DNA of 64,000 nucleotides from Eledone cirrhosa (Eukaryota): NCBI GenBank assembly GCA_964016885.1, contig OZ024746.1, positions 70,370,001 to 70,434,000 of the forward strand, read 5' to 3'. Shown piece by piece: positions 12,293 to 25,400 of this stretch (position 1 is its first letter; each line of letters starts with the position of its first letter). The notes under the pieces were generated by a model. It saw only the letters and a program-made list of their open reading frames with translations, ran no database searches and was not told where the DNA came from. The position numbers and the translations under genes were made by a program.

Positions 12293-13347
12293 AGAGGGAA
12301 ACTGTTTGGAAATCCGTTCGATGAACTGTAACTTAATTCAAAGTACCAGCCTTGTTACACACTGTGTCATGCTGAATCTCCTCGAGAATTACATTAAGGA
12401 TACACATGTCTGTGAATGCTCAGTCACTTACACGTTAATTTTTTGAGCAGTCTGTTGTGTTAATTGAACAATTGGAACATTAATCATTGTATCTACATAG
12501 CATCTAAATATTGTTGGTTTCTTTGGACAAGACACGTTATATAACAGAGAAAGTTACTGTCGATTATACTGGGAGAAATCGGCTGTGTTCAGATCTGGTG
12601 AGGTGTGGTATCCACCGGGTTTAAACTGTCGTGATGGCGTCCCTACGACTATATTGAGAGTTAAGAGCCAATAGAATGAAGGAAGTAAGGAAGGAAGGAA
12701 GGAAGGAAGGAAGGAAGGAAGGAAATAAAGAGTGAGGATAATAGTGAATGCAAAGTAAAGATGGCCTTCCCTTTTTCTTACAAAAAAGATCTTATCTGCA
12801 TGAACTCTGCCGCAGTTTCGAGACTAGTGGGATGGGTAAGACCGGGTGAGGGTACTGCAGAAATCACTACACCAACATATTAAAGCATTTTCAGGCCAGA
12901 AACCTGATCTGAAATTTATGAACAGAATGGAGTCCCCTAAATGTACCTTAAGGGACATTTTGGTAGGTAACTGGGAGTACACAGATTAAAGATTAGAGTA
13001 CACGGACTAAAGTAAGCTGTCATGGAAAATCGACATTAAGCTTTCTGTGTGATTCAATTTTTTTTATTTGTACTTCTATATGGCAGAGTCATTAAAATAC
13101 CCGATTAAATACATTGTTGTAGTTATTCTAGTTCTCTGGGTGCCGACTTGAAAACCCACCGATATCAGCTATGTCTTCCAACATTCAGGTATCGATAAAT
13201 AAAGTACAGAATTAGAATCATTAGCAGTCCACACGACGGGCTTCTACAGACTTTCCATCAACTCAATTTCACTCAAAAAGCTTGTATTAACCTAGGCTAT
13301 GGTAAAGGCAACGTGTCTAGGCAAGGTGTTTTTGTGCGAGACCAACA

Positions 13348-13550
13348 GTCGACCATGCATGCTAGTCTCTCCTCTCCCCGCCACTCAATCCTGCATGCTA
13401 ATCTCTCTTCTCCCCGCCACTCGACCGTGCATGCTAATCTCTCCTTTCCACGCCACTCAATCCTGCATGCTAGTCTCTCCTCTCCCCGTCACTCAATCCT
13501 CCATGCTAATTTCTCCTCTCCCTGCCACTCGACCGTGCATGTTAATCTTT
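13348..13550. repeat. 36-bp minisatellite, ~5.5 copies
   Basis: Unit CATGCTAGTCTCTCCTCTCCCCGCCACTCAATCCTG. Confidence 0.85.
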
Positions 13551-13760
13551 CTTTCCTCTCCATCCCACTCGATATAGTCCAAGGGAAAGAGAAAGGTCGA
13601 TACAGTTGAGTGGATTGGAGCAACGTGAAACAAAGTGTCTTGCTGAAGGACAGAACCCACCGACCGGTCCGGGAATCGAACTCACGATCCTACCATCATG
13701 AGCCTAGCCCCATATCTACTAAGCTCCGTTCATAAAGAAAACTATTTTCAGATTATTTAC

Positions 13761-13982
13761 CTTGAAGTAAGGATGTTGAAGATCAGGATAACGAAGGACC
13801 CCAAGGTCAACAACACTACGTTCTGTGTAGTCTCTTTTCACGAATAATGCTTCCAAGCTATCGAGAGCAGCACCAGTAGCAGCAACTATATTTGCATAGT
13901 CAATTATATCAATTTTAGTAGCATCCAAAACATCTGGATCAATTACAACTTCATTTGCAAACCAATCAGCAACTTCTTGAAC
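13761..13982 (-). CDS. Host gene internal exon: VQEVADWFANEVVIDPDVLDATKID...DLGVLRYPDLQHPYFK
   Basis: ttccag / gtaaat splice sites; 222 nt, phase 0/0. Confidence 0.9.
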
Positions 13983-14901
13983 CTGGAAGATATAAAAACG
14001 TGTCAAAATGATAACAAGATTTTATAATTCTGTAAAATATTTATGACTATATTTCTAATGAAATACACATTCTATTTTAATTAGTTAATGACTAATTTTG
14101 ACGAATTTATTAAGATTATTAATTAATTCATTAATAAAGTAGTAACATAGCATATGGCTTTTATATTAGATTATATTGTAAGATTTTAATTTAAATATGA
14201 ATACTTTAAAGTAAGCGTTTTTATTACATAGAACCAGAACTGGTTTTGGTTGGGTTTGCATCAAAAGGGTTAATTACGGTAGCAAAGATCAAACGATATA
14301 ACAGAGAGTAAAAAACAAAACCAGGGGAAATCGGTGCGAGAATTTGATGCTGGATTGAAAGATCAGTTTAATTTGGCCTAGACATTGATCTTGAAATCAG
14401 AAAACGATCGGCTGAAGATTTAGAATTAAGATTATAGACATCGTGGGAAACCAAAAGAAAGATAGATTCATAAGACAGACGTTCGAGTAAATAAAATATT
14501 ATAGTAGAAACTAATATTCTAAGAGTGAGGCAACTACAGTAAAGGGATGAAAATTAGTGAAAAGATGAGTATCTCGATTAGCAATATTAAAAGGAGGAAC
14601 AATTGAAGAGTTTAACAGAACAATTTAATGTCCCGGCAAAGAGGGAAAGAAGCTGAATCTCATCAATTTATTAATGGGCTGAAAGGTAACGAAGAGATGC
14701 CGATCACCTTCATAGTTAAGATACCTGCGGTGCACATTAGAACAAGTGAAGTTATTTGAACTTCCTTCTCTAGTCAATAAATGGAGCAAAGTTATCAATG
14801 AAAAACATACGCTTAGTGTTTTTTGGCAATGTTTTCATTGTTAATTTAGTTATTTCTCCATTTTAACAGTTATATATGGACTTTATTATTTCGATTTGTA
14901 A

Positions 14902-15250
14902 GGCGGTGGATTGGCAGTATCGGTAGAGGGTCGGACGCCATGCTTTCCAGCATAGTTACGTCCCTTTACGATCTGAGTTCAAATCCCGCCGAGGTTGACT
15001 TTGCCTTTCATCCTTACGGGGTCGATAAAATAAAGTACCAGTAATGCACTGGGTAATTGCTGGCCTTGTGCCTAAAGTAGAAACAATTATTTCAATTTGT
15101 ATTCGGTGGATTGGCAGTATCGGTAGAGAGTCGGACACCATGCTTTCAAGCATAGAGTTACGTCCCTTTATTATCTGAGTTCAAATACCGCCGAGGTATT
15201 ATACTGGGTAATTGCTGGTCTTGAGCCAAAAAGTAGAAACAATTATTTCA
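14902..15250 (+). mobile_element. Two tandem SINE copies (second internally deleted)
   Basis: Same family as 1260-1450. Confidence 0.85.
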
Positions 15251-15291
15251 ATTTGTATTTTTCACATTTTGAAATGGAATACTGTTCTTTC

Positions 15292-16949
15292 GTGGTGCAC
15301 CTAATTACATCACGGTTTCGATGGTGGTGCACCACATTACATCACGGTTTCGATGGTGGTGCACCTAATTACATCTCGGTTTCGATGGTGGTGCACCTAA
15401 TTACATCACGGTTTCGATGGTGGTGCACCACATTACATCACGGTTTCGATGGTGGTGCACCTAATTACATCTCGGTTTCGATGGTGGTGCACCACATTAC
15501 ATCACGGTTTCGATGGTGGTGCACCTAATTACATCTCGGTTTCGATGGTGGTGCACCTAATTACATCACGGTTTCGATGGTGGTGCACCTAATTACATCA
15601 CGGTTTCGATGGTGGTGCACCAAATTACATCACGGTTTCGATGGTGGTGCACCTAATTACATCACGGTTTCGATGGTGGTGCACCTAATTACATCTCGGT
15701 TTCGATGGTGGTGCACCTAATTACATCACGGTTTCGATGGTGGTGCACCTAATTACATCTCGGTTTCGATGGTGGTGCACCACATTACATCACGGTTTCG
15801 ATGGTGGTGCACCTAATTACATCTCGGTTTCGAATGTGGTGCACCACATTACATCACGGTTTCGATGGTGGTGCACCTAATTACATCACGGTTTCGATGG
15901 TGGTGCACCTAATTACATCACGGTTTCGATGGTGGTGCACCTAATTACATCTCGGTTTCGATGGTGGTGCACCTAATTACATCTCGGTTTCGATGGTGGT
16001 GCACCTAATTACATCACGGTTTCGATGGTGGTGCACCACATTACATCACGGTTTCGATGGTGGTGCACCTAATTACATCTCGGTTTCGATGGTGGTGCAC
16101 CTAATTACATCACGGTTTCGATGGTGGTGCACCTAATTACATCTCGGTTTCGATGGTGGTGCACCTAATTACATCACGGTTTCGATGGTGGTGCACCACA
16201 TTACATCACGGTTTCGATGGTGGTGCACCTAATTACATCTCGGTTTCGATGGTGGTGCACCTAATTACATCACGGTTTCGATGGCGGTGCACCTAATTAC
16301 ATCTCGGTTTCGATGGTGGTGCACCTAATTACATCACGGTTTCGATGGTGGTGCACCTAATTACATCTCGGTTTCGATGGTGGTGCACCTAATTACATCT
16401 CGGTTTCGATGGTGGTGCACCACATTACATCACGGTTTCGATGGTGGTGCACCAAATTACATTTCGGTTTCGATGGTGGTGCACCACATTACATCACGGT
16501 TTCGATGGTGGTGCACCACATTACATCACGGTTTCGATGGTGGTGCACCAAATTACATCTCGGTTTCGATGGTGGTGCACCTAATTACATCTCGGTTTCG
16601 ATGGTGGTGCACCTAATTACATCACGGTTTCGATGGTGGTGCACCAAATTACATCTCGGTTTCGATGGTGGTGCACCACATTACATCACGGTTTCGATGG
16701 TGGTGCACCTAATTACATCTCGGTTTCGATGGTGGTGCACCTAATTACATCTCGGTTTCGATGGTGGTGCACCACATTACATCACGGTTTCGATGGTGGT
16801 GCACCAAATTACATTTCGGTTTCGATGGTGGTGCACCACATTACATCACGGTTTCTATGGTGGTGCACCAAATTACATCTCGGTTTCGATGGTGGTGCAC
16901 CTAATTACATCACGGTTTCGATGGTGGTGCACCAAATTACATCTCGGTT
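15292..16949. repeat. 32-bp tandem satellite, ~52 copies, intronic
   Basis: Unit GGTGGTGCACCTAATTACATCACGGTTTCGAT with recurring variants CTA/CAC/CAA and CAC/CTC; no spacers. Confidence 0.97.
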
Positions 16950-17154
16950 TTGATGATGAACGTGTCAACAATTCGAATAACAGAACAACCTCCTCGTGAA
17001 ATTAACGTACAAGTGGCTGAACATTCCACAGACACTTTAATGCATCGTTACAATGATTATATATATATATCAACATGAATGGACTTGTTATTTTTCTCTA
17101 TAAATATTTTTTTCAAATTCCACCCAACCCGTCCCTTTCTAAATTCTCATTCTT

Positions 17155-17190
17155 TCTTCTGATGAAGGACTAGTTTTCGAAACGTTAAGA
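17155..17190 (+). ncRNA. Minimal hammerhead motif (weak stem II), solo PLE remnant
   Basis: TCTT CTGATGA AGGACTAGTTTTC GAAA CG TT AAGA. Confidence 0.55.
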
Positions 17191-17356
17191 CCCTCTCCCT
17201 TCTATTTCAAGCGTTAACCTAATATATTCCTTCCATATACTGTACCAATTGTGTTGTTATTTCTGTTTACCTTTTACATATATATATATCTGTGTATATG
17301 TGTATGTGTGTGTATGTGTGTGTATGTGTGTATATGTGTGTATTTATATGAATATA

Positions 17357-17557
17357 TACGAGGGTCGGAGGAAAGTTTCATAAGCTAACCAAGATACTCT
17401 CGTGGAATGACCACAAATGAGGTTTATTTTTCAACATAGTCCCTGGAAAGAAACAATGCAGATATTAATAAGAGTTGAAATTAATGCTTGCAAGATTTCA
17501 CAGCTCTAGCATCACTCCTTCATAGTCAGCCTATGAACTTTCAGCCTGCATCTCGTA
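17357..17557. mobile_element. Tc1/mariner-type non-autonomous element (MITE)
   Basis: TA-CGAGGG...AAAGTTTCATAAGCT and AGCCTATGAACTTTC...CTCG-TA imperfect terminal inverted repeats; TA flanks. Confidence 0.65.
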
Positions 17558-17567
17558 TATATATGTG

Positions 17568-17629
<62 letters not shown>

Positions 17630-17685
17630 CTTATGTATGTGTGTGTAAAGAAAGTTATAATACTTGAAAAATTACGATTACGTAC

Positions 17686-17883
17686 AACTTTCTCATCAAT
17701 ACTATTTTGAGCGAAACGAATCTTGCTGTAACCTTTAAACTTGCCTCTCACCACATCCTCATCAGTGTCTGTTTGTAAGAGAGGATTTTGCTTCATAATG
17801 TAAGCATAATCATCGAAAGTCAGGTTTGCTCCATATTGCTGTCTTGCTTGTCTCAGAATTTTATTCGTTCCAGCAATAATAAT
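17686..17883 (-). CDS. Host gene internal exon: IIIAGTNKILRQARQ...MKQNPLLQ...NSIDEKV
   Basis: tttcag / gtacgt; 198 nt, phase 0/0. Confidence 0.9.
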
Positions 17884-18289
17884 CTGAAATAGAGAAATAC
17901 AAACGATTTTATTGATAAGGAATGCAATTATGTTTTCTTTTATTCTTTTACTGGTTTCATGAATGTGGAGCAGGTTAACTAATTTTCTCATTATCAAGCT
18001 GGTGTTTGGAACATAACTTAACAAAGATTCTGATAACATGAAAGTATGTTGGAAGGTTTTAAGCTAAATATAAACATTTTTAAAAAAATAGTTTTGTATC
18101 GTAAAACTAGAGGCGTTTTCGGGTGGTTTGATATCAAGGAGGTTAAGATTGTAATTATGCGGGATGAAAAACTCGTCAAAGGGTGGAAGAACTCATGAGA
18201 GTCAATGGCCATCCAATAGTGCATGTGAAGCGTGTCCTTCGAAACCTTAGCAAAAACTATCATTGGGTACTCTCGAGCCACCAACTTAT

Positions 18290-18665
18290 AAACTCACATG
18301 TGTACTGTGTGTGTTTATATAGGAGTAGATAGGTTTGCCTATCACCCAGCTCGTAGTCTTTCCACATATATTGATCAGAGGAAGAGTTTAATCTCTTGTT
18401 TCCAGTTTAGGACATGGTTCCCCGTTCTCTTTTCTTTTCTTTATTTGGTCATGATGGTTTTAATTGTTTTGGTCTTATGGTAATGTGACTGATCAATTGC
18501 TGCGACTTTTCATTTTGAGGGTATCTGGTTAGAAAGAGTCCGAATTCTTTGGTAGCACTTCTTTTTGTATGACACCAATCTTGCATGGTATTCCTAACCA
18601 CTTTAAAAAGTCTTGGAGTTTCAATGGGATTGAACCGATCACAACTAGTATGATTGCATTCCAAA
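18290..18665 (-). mobile_element. Decayed 3' end of an RLE (R4/Dong-like) LINE
   Basis: VVIGSIPLKLQDFLKWLGIP...IQKEVL resembles the RLE C-terminus. Confidence 0.5.
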
Positions 18666-18699
18666 CAGTCTTGCCATCTCCAATTTCAATTCGCAATAC

Positions 18700-19053
18700 T
18701 TGGGGATTTTTTCGACCTCGTAATATTCGGAGTATTCGCACCAATTTCTCTAGTGTTGAAGCTTTTCACGTTGAACGTTCTCCTGATATCTTGGATCTTT
18801 GTGAAACAAACTAAAATTCTTCAATTTTTAGTAGTGTCTTCTCTATACCAGGTTCCCACTTTGTCGAAAAGATTCTGTGACTCATATGCATGGTATTGAT
18901 GCTTCCAAAAGCTAGGGAACCGTCTCTTGAATCTCCTGATGATTCATTCGTGTGTTTTTAACTTTCTTTGCTACACTATTAATTGTCTTTATCGCTCCTC
19001 TTCATCTCAAGACTGTACTATGTTTGATAAAATGCCAGACAGTATCAATAAGG
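18700..19053 (+). mobile_element. Decayed APE-endonuclease fragment of a CR1/Jockey-group LINE
   Basis: NIRSIRTNF...SPDILDLCET; LYRSSSS downstream. Confidence 0.55.
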
Positions 19054-19093
19054 CCTAACCCTAACCCTAACCCTAACCCTAACCCTAACCCTG
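19054..19093. repeat. Interstitial telomeric repeat (CCCTAA)n, ~6 units
   Basis: Direct inspection. Confidence 0.9.
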
Positions 19094-19748
19094 ACCACTA
19101 CAGCTTGTAAAAGTGTGAAAAGCAACACCAATAATCATCTCTCTTTGAAATATGTCTTATTATTTTCCCCTCGCAGTAACTCCTTGCATTTTAATGGCTT
19201 TATTTCCTTTCTAAGGAAACAAATGCAAGAAGAATATCAACCGCATTAATCTCTCTGTAAAGGTCATGGCTAAAACCTTTTTGCTTCAAAACTCATATGT
19301 TCAATTAGCCTAGAAATACATATATTATATATTCTGAAAATATTATTAATGATTTGCTATATATATTAACGAATATGCTACAAATCATTATTGGAAATTT
19401 CATGAAAAATGTTATTAGGAATATAGACACAGAATTGCCAGATGTTTAAAACATCCGCTTAACAATCATGAGGTTCTGGGTTCGCGCAAACCGCGAGGTG
19501 TCTTGGTTAGGTTTCTTTACCACAACCTCAGGCTCAGGCTCATTTTCCACTAGTTTAGTATTTAAATGAAGATATTGCTGGTAGAAACTCTGGGTGGAGA
19601 TAAAATAAAGTACAAGTCCAGGATAAAGTACAAGTCGGTCTAAAGATAGCTTCTCTGCTTTCCGCCAGTACCTGAAGTCCTAACAAAATCATGGCTACTG
19701 GCTTTCTTCCTCAGACTAAATCATTAAAAAATATTTAGTAGTTCTTAC

Positions 19749-19936
19749 TTGCAATTCATCATCCATAGCTTTCACCTCGGCTGAAGTAAGATTGCCGAAA
19801 CTGGCAGCTAGGCTGCAGTGGTAAGGAATTTGTTCGGTTGCCATGATATCACTGGAAGCCGAATTCAACCACATTGCTCGAGCTTCTGCTATCACTGCAT
19901 TAGCTGTTTCCAAACCAGCCTGAACTGCCGCCAGAC
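19749..19936 (-). CDS. Host gene internal exon: (G)LAAVQAGLETANAVIAEARAMW...SLAASFGNLTSAEVKAMDDELQ
   Basis: tttcag / gtaaga; 188 nt, phase 1/0. Confidence 0.88.
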
Positions 19937-19964
19937 CTGAAATATTTGAGAAATATATAACGAG

Positions 19965-19995
<31 letters not shown>

Positions 19996-20074
19996 CATAC
20001 ATACATACATACATACATACATACATACATACATACATACATACATACATACATACATACATACATACATACAT

Positions 20075-22435
20075 TATAATTAGGTTTAAACAAAAAAAAA
20101 GCTACACTCCTTACCAACAAAGAGTGAAAAATAAAATAGAAATGATGTTTGGAGACAGTACAAGCATAACTCTTCAATGCAAGTTGATCACACTCAAGCA
20201 AGAACTGAGAGCTGTCAGCAAGAAACTCCGATATCAGAAGAGAGTGGCTGAAAGGAAAATGATTAATAAAAGATTCAGCAGAAACCAAACATAGATCTAT
20301 AGAGATATGAGGGACAAATCAATAAATATCATTGAAGCCCCGTTTCAGAATGACATAGATTCCTTACAAGATGCAGTGTGACTGAAAAATATCCGAACTA
20401 ACTATTGCCCTTGTATTACTCCAAAAACATACAGCATCAATGATGATACCCTTGAGACTGTGATAGGAAACCTTCAAGACGAGAAAGCGCTAGAAAGAGA
20501 TTGTCGCCTTCTTGTACAAAAGCTTTTCTTTCTATCGGATGTATCTTATCAATTTCTACCAGCAAGTGGTCAAGGAAGATACATACACCAAGCTAGTTGA
20601 CATTAACAGAAACAAGATTGCCCCCCAAAAAAACAAAGGAATCCATTTGGTATTAACTAAACTATTGCGTTAATGTATAAAAGGCATACAGCTTGTCTGA
20701 ATCTATTCTTCCAAGATCACTGTGACAATAACAATATCATCACAGATGAGCAAGCAGCTGGGAAGAAAGAGGGTATCCTGGGCAACTCCTAGTTAAAACC
20801 GTAATGTCAAAGGTTTGGCGCCATAGGAGGACGTTGGTTACGCTCTGGCTGGATTAGGGGGAAGCATTCGATTCTGTTAGCCACTCATGAATGTTATAAG
20901 GCCTTCCTCTCGCTAAAATCCCAGATGCCATAATCAGAGCCAGATAGAACCTTTCTCCTTCCAAGGCCACTATCCTGAAGTTAAATACAGAGAATGAAGA
21001 CTATATTGTCTCTAATAAAATAGAATGTCGCAAGGGTATATTTCAAGGAGTCATTCTCTTAATTTGTTCACAGGAGGACAGGATTACAAACCTAACACAT
21101 AGCTTCTTTGTGGATGACCTGAAACTGTATGCCAAGAAAAACCTTGACCTAGTTACGATATAGTTACGATATAAGAATGGAATTTGGCCAGGATAAATGT
21201 TCCTATATGATTTTAAAACGATAAAAAACTATAAGCCAATCTAGCAACATCTCTATCAATGGTCTGACTGTTTCACAGACATCTAACGAGAACTGCTGCA
21301 GATACTTAGGTGAAATGTAATTAAAAATATATCCTATGATGGAATTTGTAACAAGGAACAAGTAACCAGGGAATATAACACCCGAATAAGAAGAATATGG
21401 TCTTCGGAACTCTCTGCGCACAATAAATCTGTGGCCTACAATGTATTTACTGTGCCTATGCTGACACCAACATTTGGACCACTTGACTGGACGCTAGATA
21501 AAATTTGAGCTATTGATGTTAAAACCCGAAAAGTTCTAACCGGCCCGGAAATTTCCACATCAACAGTGACATAGACCATTTCTACCTAAAACGTAAACAG
21601 GGGCCGGGGGCTTAGCATCAATCCAAACATTATTTGAATGCTGCATCATATCCCTCAGACATCTACGAACTACCAAACGTAGAAACCCATCCACAGAACA
21701 AGTCTGTGTATATGAAGTAGATAACATCATAAAAGATGAAAAGGAGCTTCCTGAGAAATATTCCCAGCATAATAACCAAAAACTCACACCCAGGGAATTA
21801 ACAACACAATTTATGATGTACAAAAGAGATAGGGACGCAGATAAACACCTGATTGTCACACCAGATCTAGACTCTTCAGAATTATAAGCAGCTATCCAAA
21901 GATGTCATCGCAGTGCTATCTACCTATGAGGAATGATGTAGTGGCAAAAACACTATACAATGCAATCCGTAGAAAGGATAGTCCTGGGAATAAAAACATA
22001 AAAAGTTACGGTAATATGGAGGACATATGCATTTATAATGTAAAAGAGTACTAGTGGAATGTTCCTGTCAAAACCCTTAGAAAATGTAAACGACGACAGA
22101 CCAGATATAATGATATGGGACACAGAAAAGAAAGCATATCCAGTAAATGTCTACATAATGTTAAAGATTAGTGAAAAGAATATTTATGCTGAACAAATGA
22201 GGAATCTGCAGATACACCACTCTGACTATATATGTAATGACATCTATTCACGCGCGCGCGCGCACACACATACACACACATACACACACACGCACACGCA
22301 CACTCACATCCACACACACACTCACACACACTACACACACTCACACATAAGTATTTACCTAGTTGATGTCTAAATTCCAATTAAAAGTATTTTCTCTATA
22401 TTAGAAACTGGCTCTCTATTAGTGAAAATTAATCA
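20075..22435 (+). mobile_element. Older decayed, 5'-truncated copy of the R4/Dong-like LINE
   Basis: Colinear similarity to 23660-26540 (FFVDDLKLY, RPDIMIWD, same 3' UTR end); preceded by (TACA)n 19967-20072. Confidence 0.85.
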
Positions 22436-22481
22436 AATACCACTCCCACCTCCACCCCCCAAAAATACGTACGTACATACA

Positions 22482-25400
22482 TTCAGTCAACGCGATCAGT
22501 CGCATATTTTGGCGTGGGAAACTATTTATTAAATTTAAGATGAATACTATCTCCGACAGTAATGCCACAACTACAGTGATGTTGAATGAATAACTGGTTA
22601 TTCTTCTAACTATATCTTCTGAAGACACCTTTTATTCGAATTCGTAGAGATATCCGACTAAATAAATAATTCATTTTACAAGGATTTCCTACAAACAGCA
22701 TGGCTGAACACAACATCAACAACAAAATTAAGGAAGTACCGAAGACAACCAACAAGAAAGGTAAACAAACTTTGTTCAGTTGTAGCTACAGAAGAGACCG
22801 AAATTATAAATCGCATTTCTCTTGGAGTTGCGAACTTAATAATGATTTATTTAATTGTTATAAAATGGCAAAAAACAATCCCTCCATTGGCTATATGAAC
22901 AGAATGAAGCTACACTGGGACGAAATGCACCCAGAGTTTAATTATTTCACAGCGAAACAATTACGCCAACAAGCGACGTTTGTTGAACGTAAAAATAAGA
23001 TAAATATTATTAATTATAAGTTCCCCACAACAAACATGGGATCAACAACACGTGCTACAGGTCGCCATGCTACTAGACTTCCTAGCAGCTAGGTCGAACA
23101 GTGCTTTGAAACAACTATCTTGTAAGAAACTTGACACCACCTGTACCATCTAAGTCTACCTCGAATGCTGTGGAAAACACTATCGATAATAATAATAATC
23201 GAAGAAATTTGACACCACGTGTACCATCCGAGTCTACCTCGACTGTTGTGGAAAATACTATCGATAATGATAATAATCAAAAGTATAAACAATTGAAAAT
23301 TTCCCTCAACGAAATCTTCCAGAGGGAAATTAATTCATGTATAAATATCTCTCTTGCTGAACGTGTTAAAACGACAATGTTTAATAATAATTAAAAAAAA
23401 TAATGAAATATTACGTGTTATTGACGAAATAGGGGATGAATATTTACGACGGATAAAAACCCCAACATTTTGGCAAATCAACGCCTGTTTATATGCCTTA
23501 GCAACGACAGTGAAGTATTATCTTGGTGATGGCAGAGATATTAACAAGAACAAAACACCACCAAAAATAGCATTATATATAACTAAAATAGAAAAAAAGA
23601 TTGCTGACCTACGAAAACCATAGGATATGTGACAATGCTCCTTATATGCAAACAAACACAAAAAACCTCACTCCTCACCAACAAAGAGTGAAAAATAAAA
23701 TAGAGACGATGTTTTTTTAACAGTAGTACCAGAACTCTTCAATATAAGCTGATCACCCTCAAACAAGAATTGAGAGCTGTTAGCGAAAAACGCCGATACC
23801 TGAAGAAGGTAGATGAGAGAAAAGTGCTTAATAAAAGATTCAGACGAAACCAAACATCAGTATATAGAGATATGAAGAACAAAATAATAAGTGTCACTGA
23901 GGCCCCATCCCAGAAAGAGATAGATTCCTTTTGGAGCAAAATATGGGGTGAAAAGAAGAATTTCAACCAAGAGGCAGTATGGCTAAGAGAAATCCGAAAG
24001 AACTATTGCTCCTACGCTACAACAAAAACATACGAAATAAGTGAGGGTACCCTTGAAACTGTGATAGGAATACTCCAAGATAAGAAAACACCAGGAAGAG
24101 ACATGATTGTCGGCTACTGGTACAAAAAACGGATATTCTATCGGAGCTATCTTACTGACCTCTACCAACAAGTTCTTAGGGGAGATACACTTATGCCAGA
24201 ATGGTTGACATTAGCACAAACATTACTGGTCCCTAAGAACAAAGACACCCACTTGGCAAAAAACTATTGACCCATTGCATGCCCGAACCTATTGTATAAG
24301 ATGTATACAGCCTGCCTGAACCTATTCCTTTAAGATCACTGTGAAAATAATAACATCATCACAGATGAAAAAGCAGCTGGAAAGAAAGGGGTTTGGGGAT
24401 GTGCTGAACAACTCCTAATCAACAAAACTGCGATGTCGGAGGTACGACAACTTAGGAGGAATATGGCTACAGTCTGGCTGGACTACAGGAAAGCTTTCGA
24501 TTCTGTTCCCCACTCTTGGATGATAGAGGCCCTCCAACTTGCTAAAGTCTCAGACATTGTTGTCAGAGCCATAGAGAGGCTGTCTTCTTCTTGGGCAACT
24601 ATCCTAAGGTTAAAGACAGAGACGGAGGACTCTATTTCCACTGATAAAATAAAATATTGCAGGGGTATATTTCAGGGGAACAGTCTCTCTGTGATATTAT
24701 TCATCTTGTCATTAAACTCCTTGTCCTTTCTGCTCAAGAAATGTGAGGGATACATCATTGGCTCACAGGAGGACAGAAATACGAACCTAACCCATAATTT
24801 CTTTGTGGACGATCTGAAACTCTATGCCAAGAACATGGATGGGATGAAGAAAAATCTTGACCTGGTTACAACGTTCTCAAAGGATATAGGAATGGAGTTT
24901 GGTCAATATAAATGCTCATACATGACTGTAAAGCGGGGAAAAACAACAACCCAATCTAGCAACATTGTCATCAATGGCCTAACTGTTTCACCGATATCTG
25001 ATGAGGACTGCTACAGATACCTGGGGATAGATAAGAACATATCCTATAATGGTATATGTAATAAAGAACGTATAACCAGGGAATACTACACCCGATTAAG
25101 AAAGATCTGGTCATCGGAACTCTCTGCGCAAAACAAAACAGTGGCTCACAATGTGTTTGCTATGCCTGTCCTAACACCAACGTTTGGAATACTCAATTGG
25201 ACAATAGACGAAATCCGAGCAGTTGGTGTTAGAACTCGAAAAATACTAAACAACACCGGAAACTTCCACATCAACAGTGACATAGACCGCATTTACTTGA
25301 AACGTAAGCAGGGAGGCAGAGGCCTAACATCAGTCCAGACAACATTTGAATGTCGCATCATATCTCTCCGACAACATCTACGAACCTCGAAGCGTAAGAG

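Noticed and set aside
15292-16949. CRISPR-like 32-bp periodicity
   Set aside because: Units are contiguous with no unique spacers, there are no cas genes, and the context is eukaryotic
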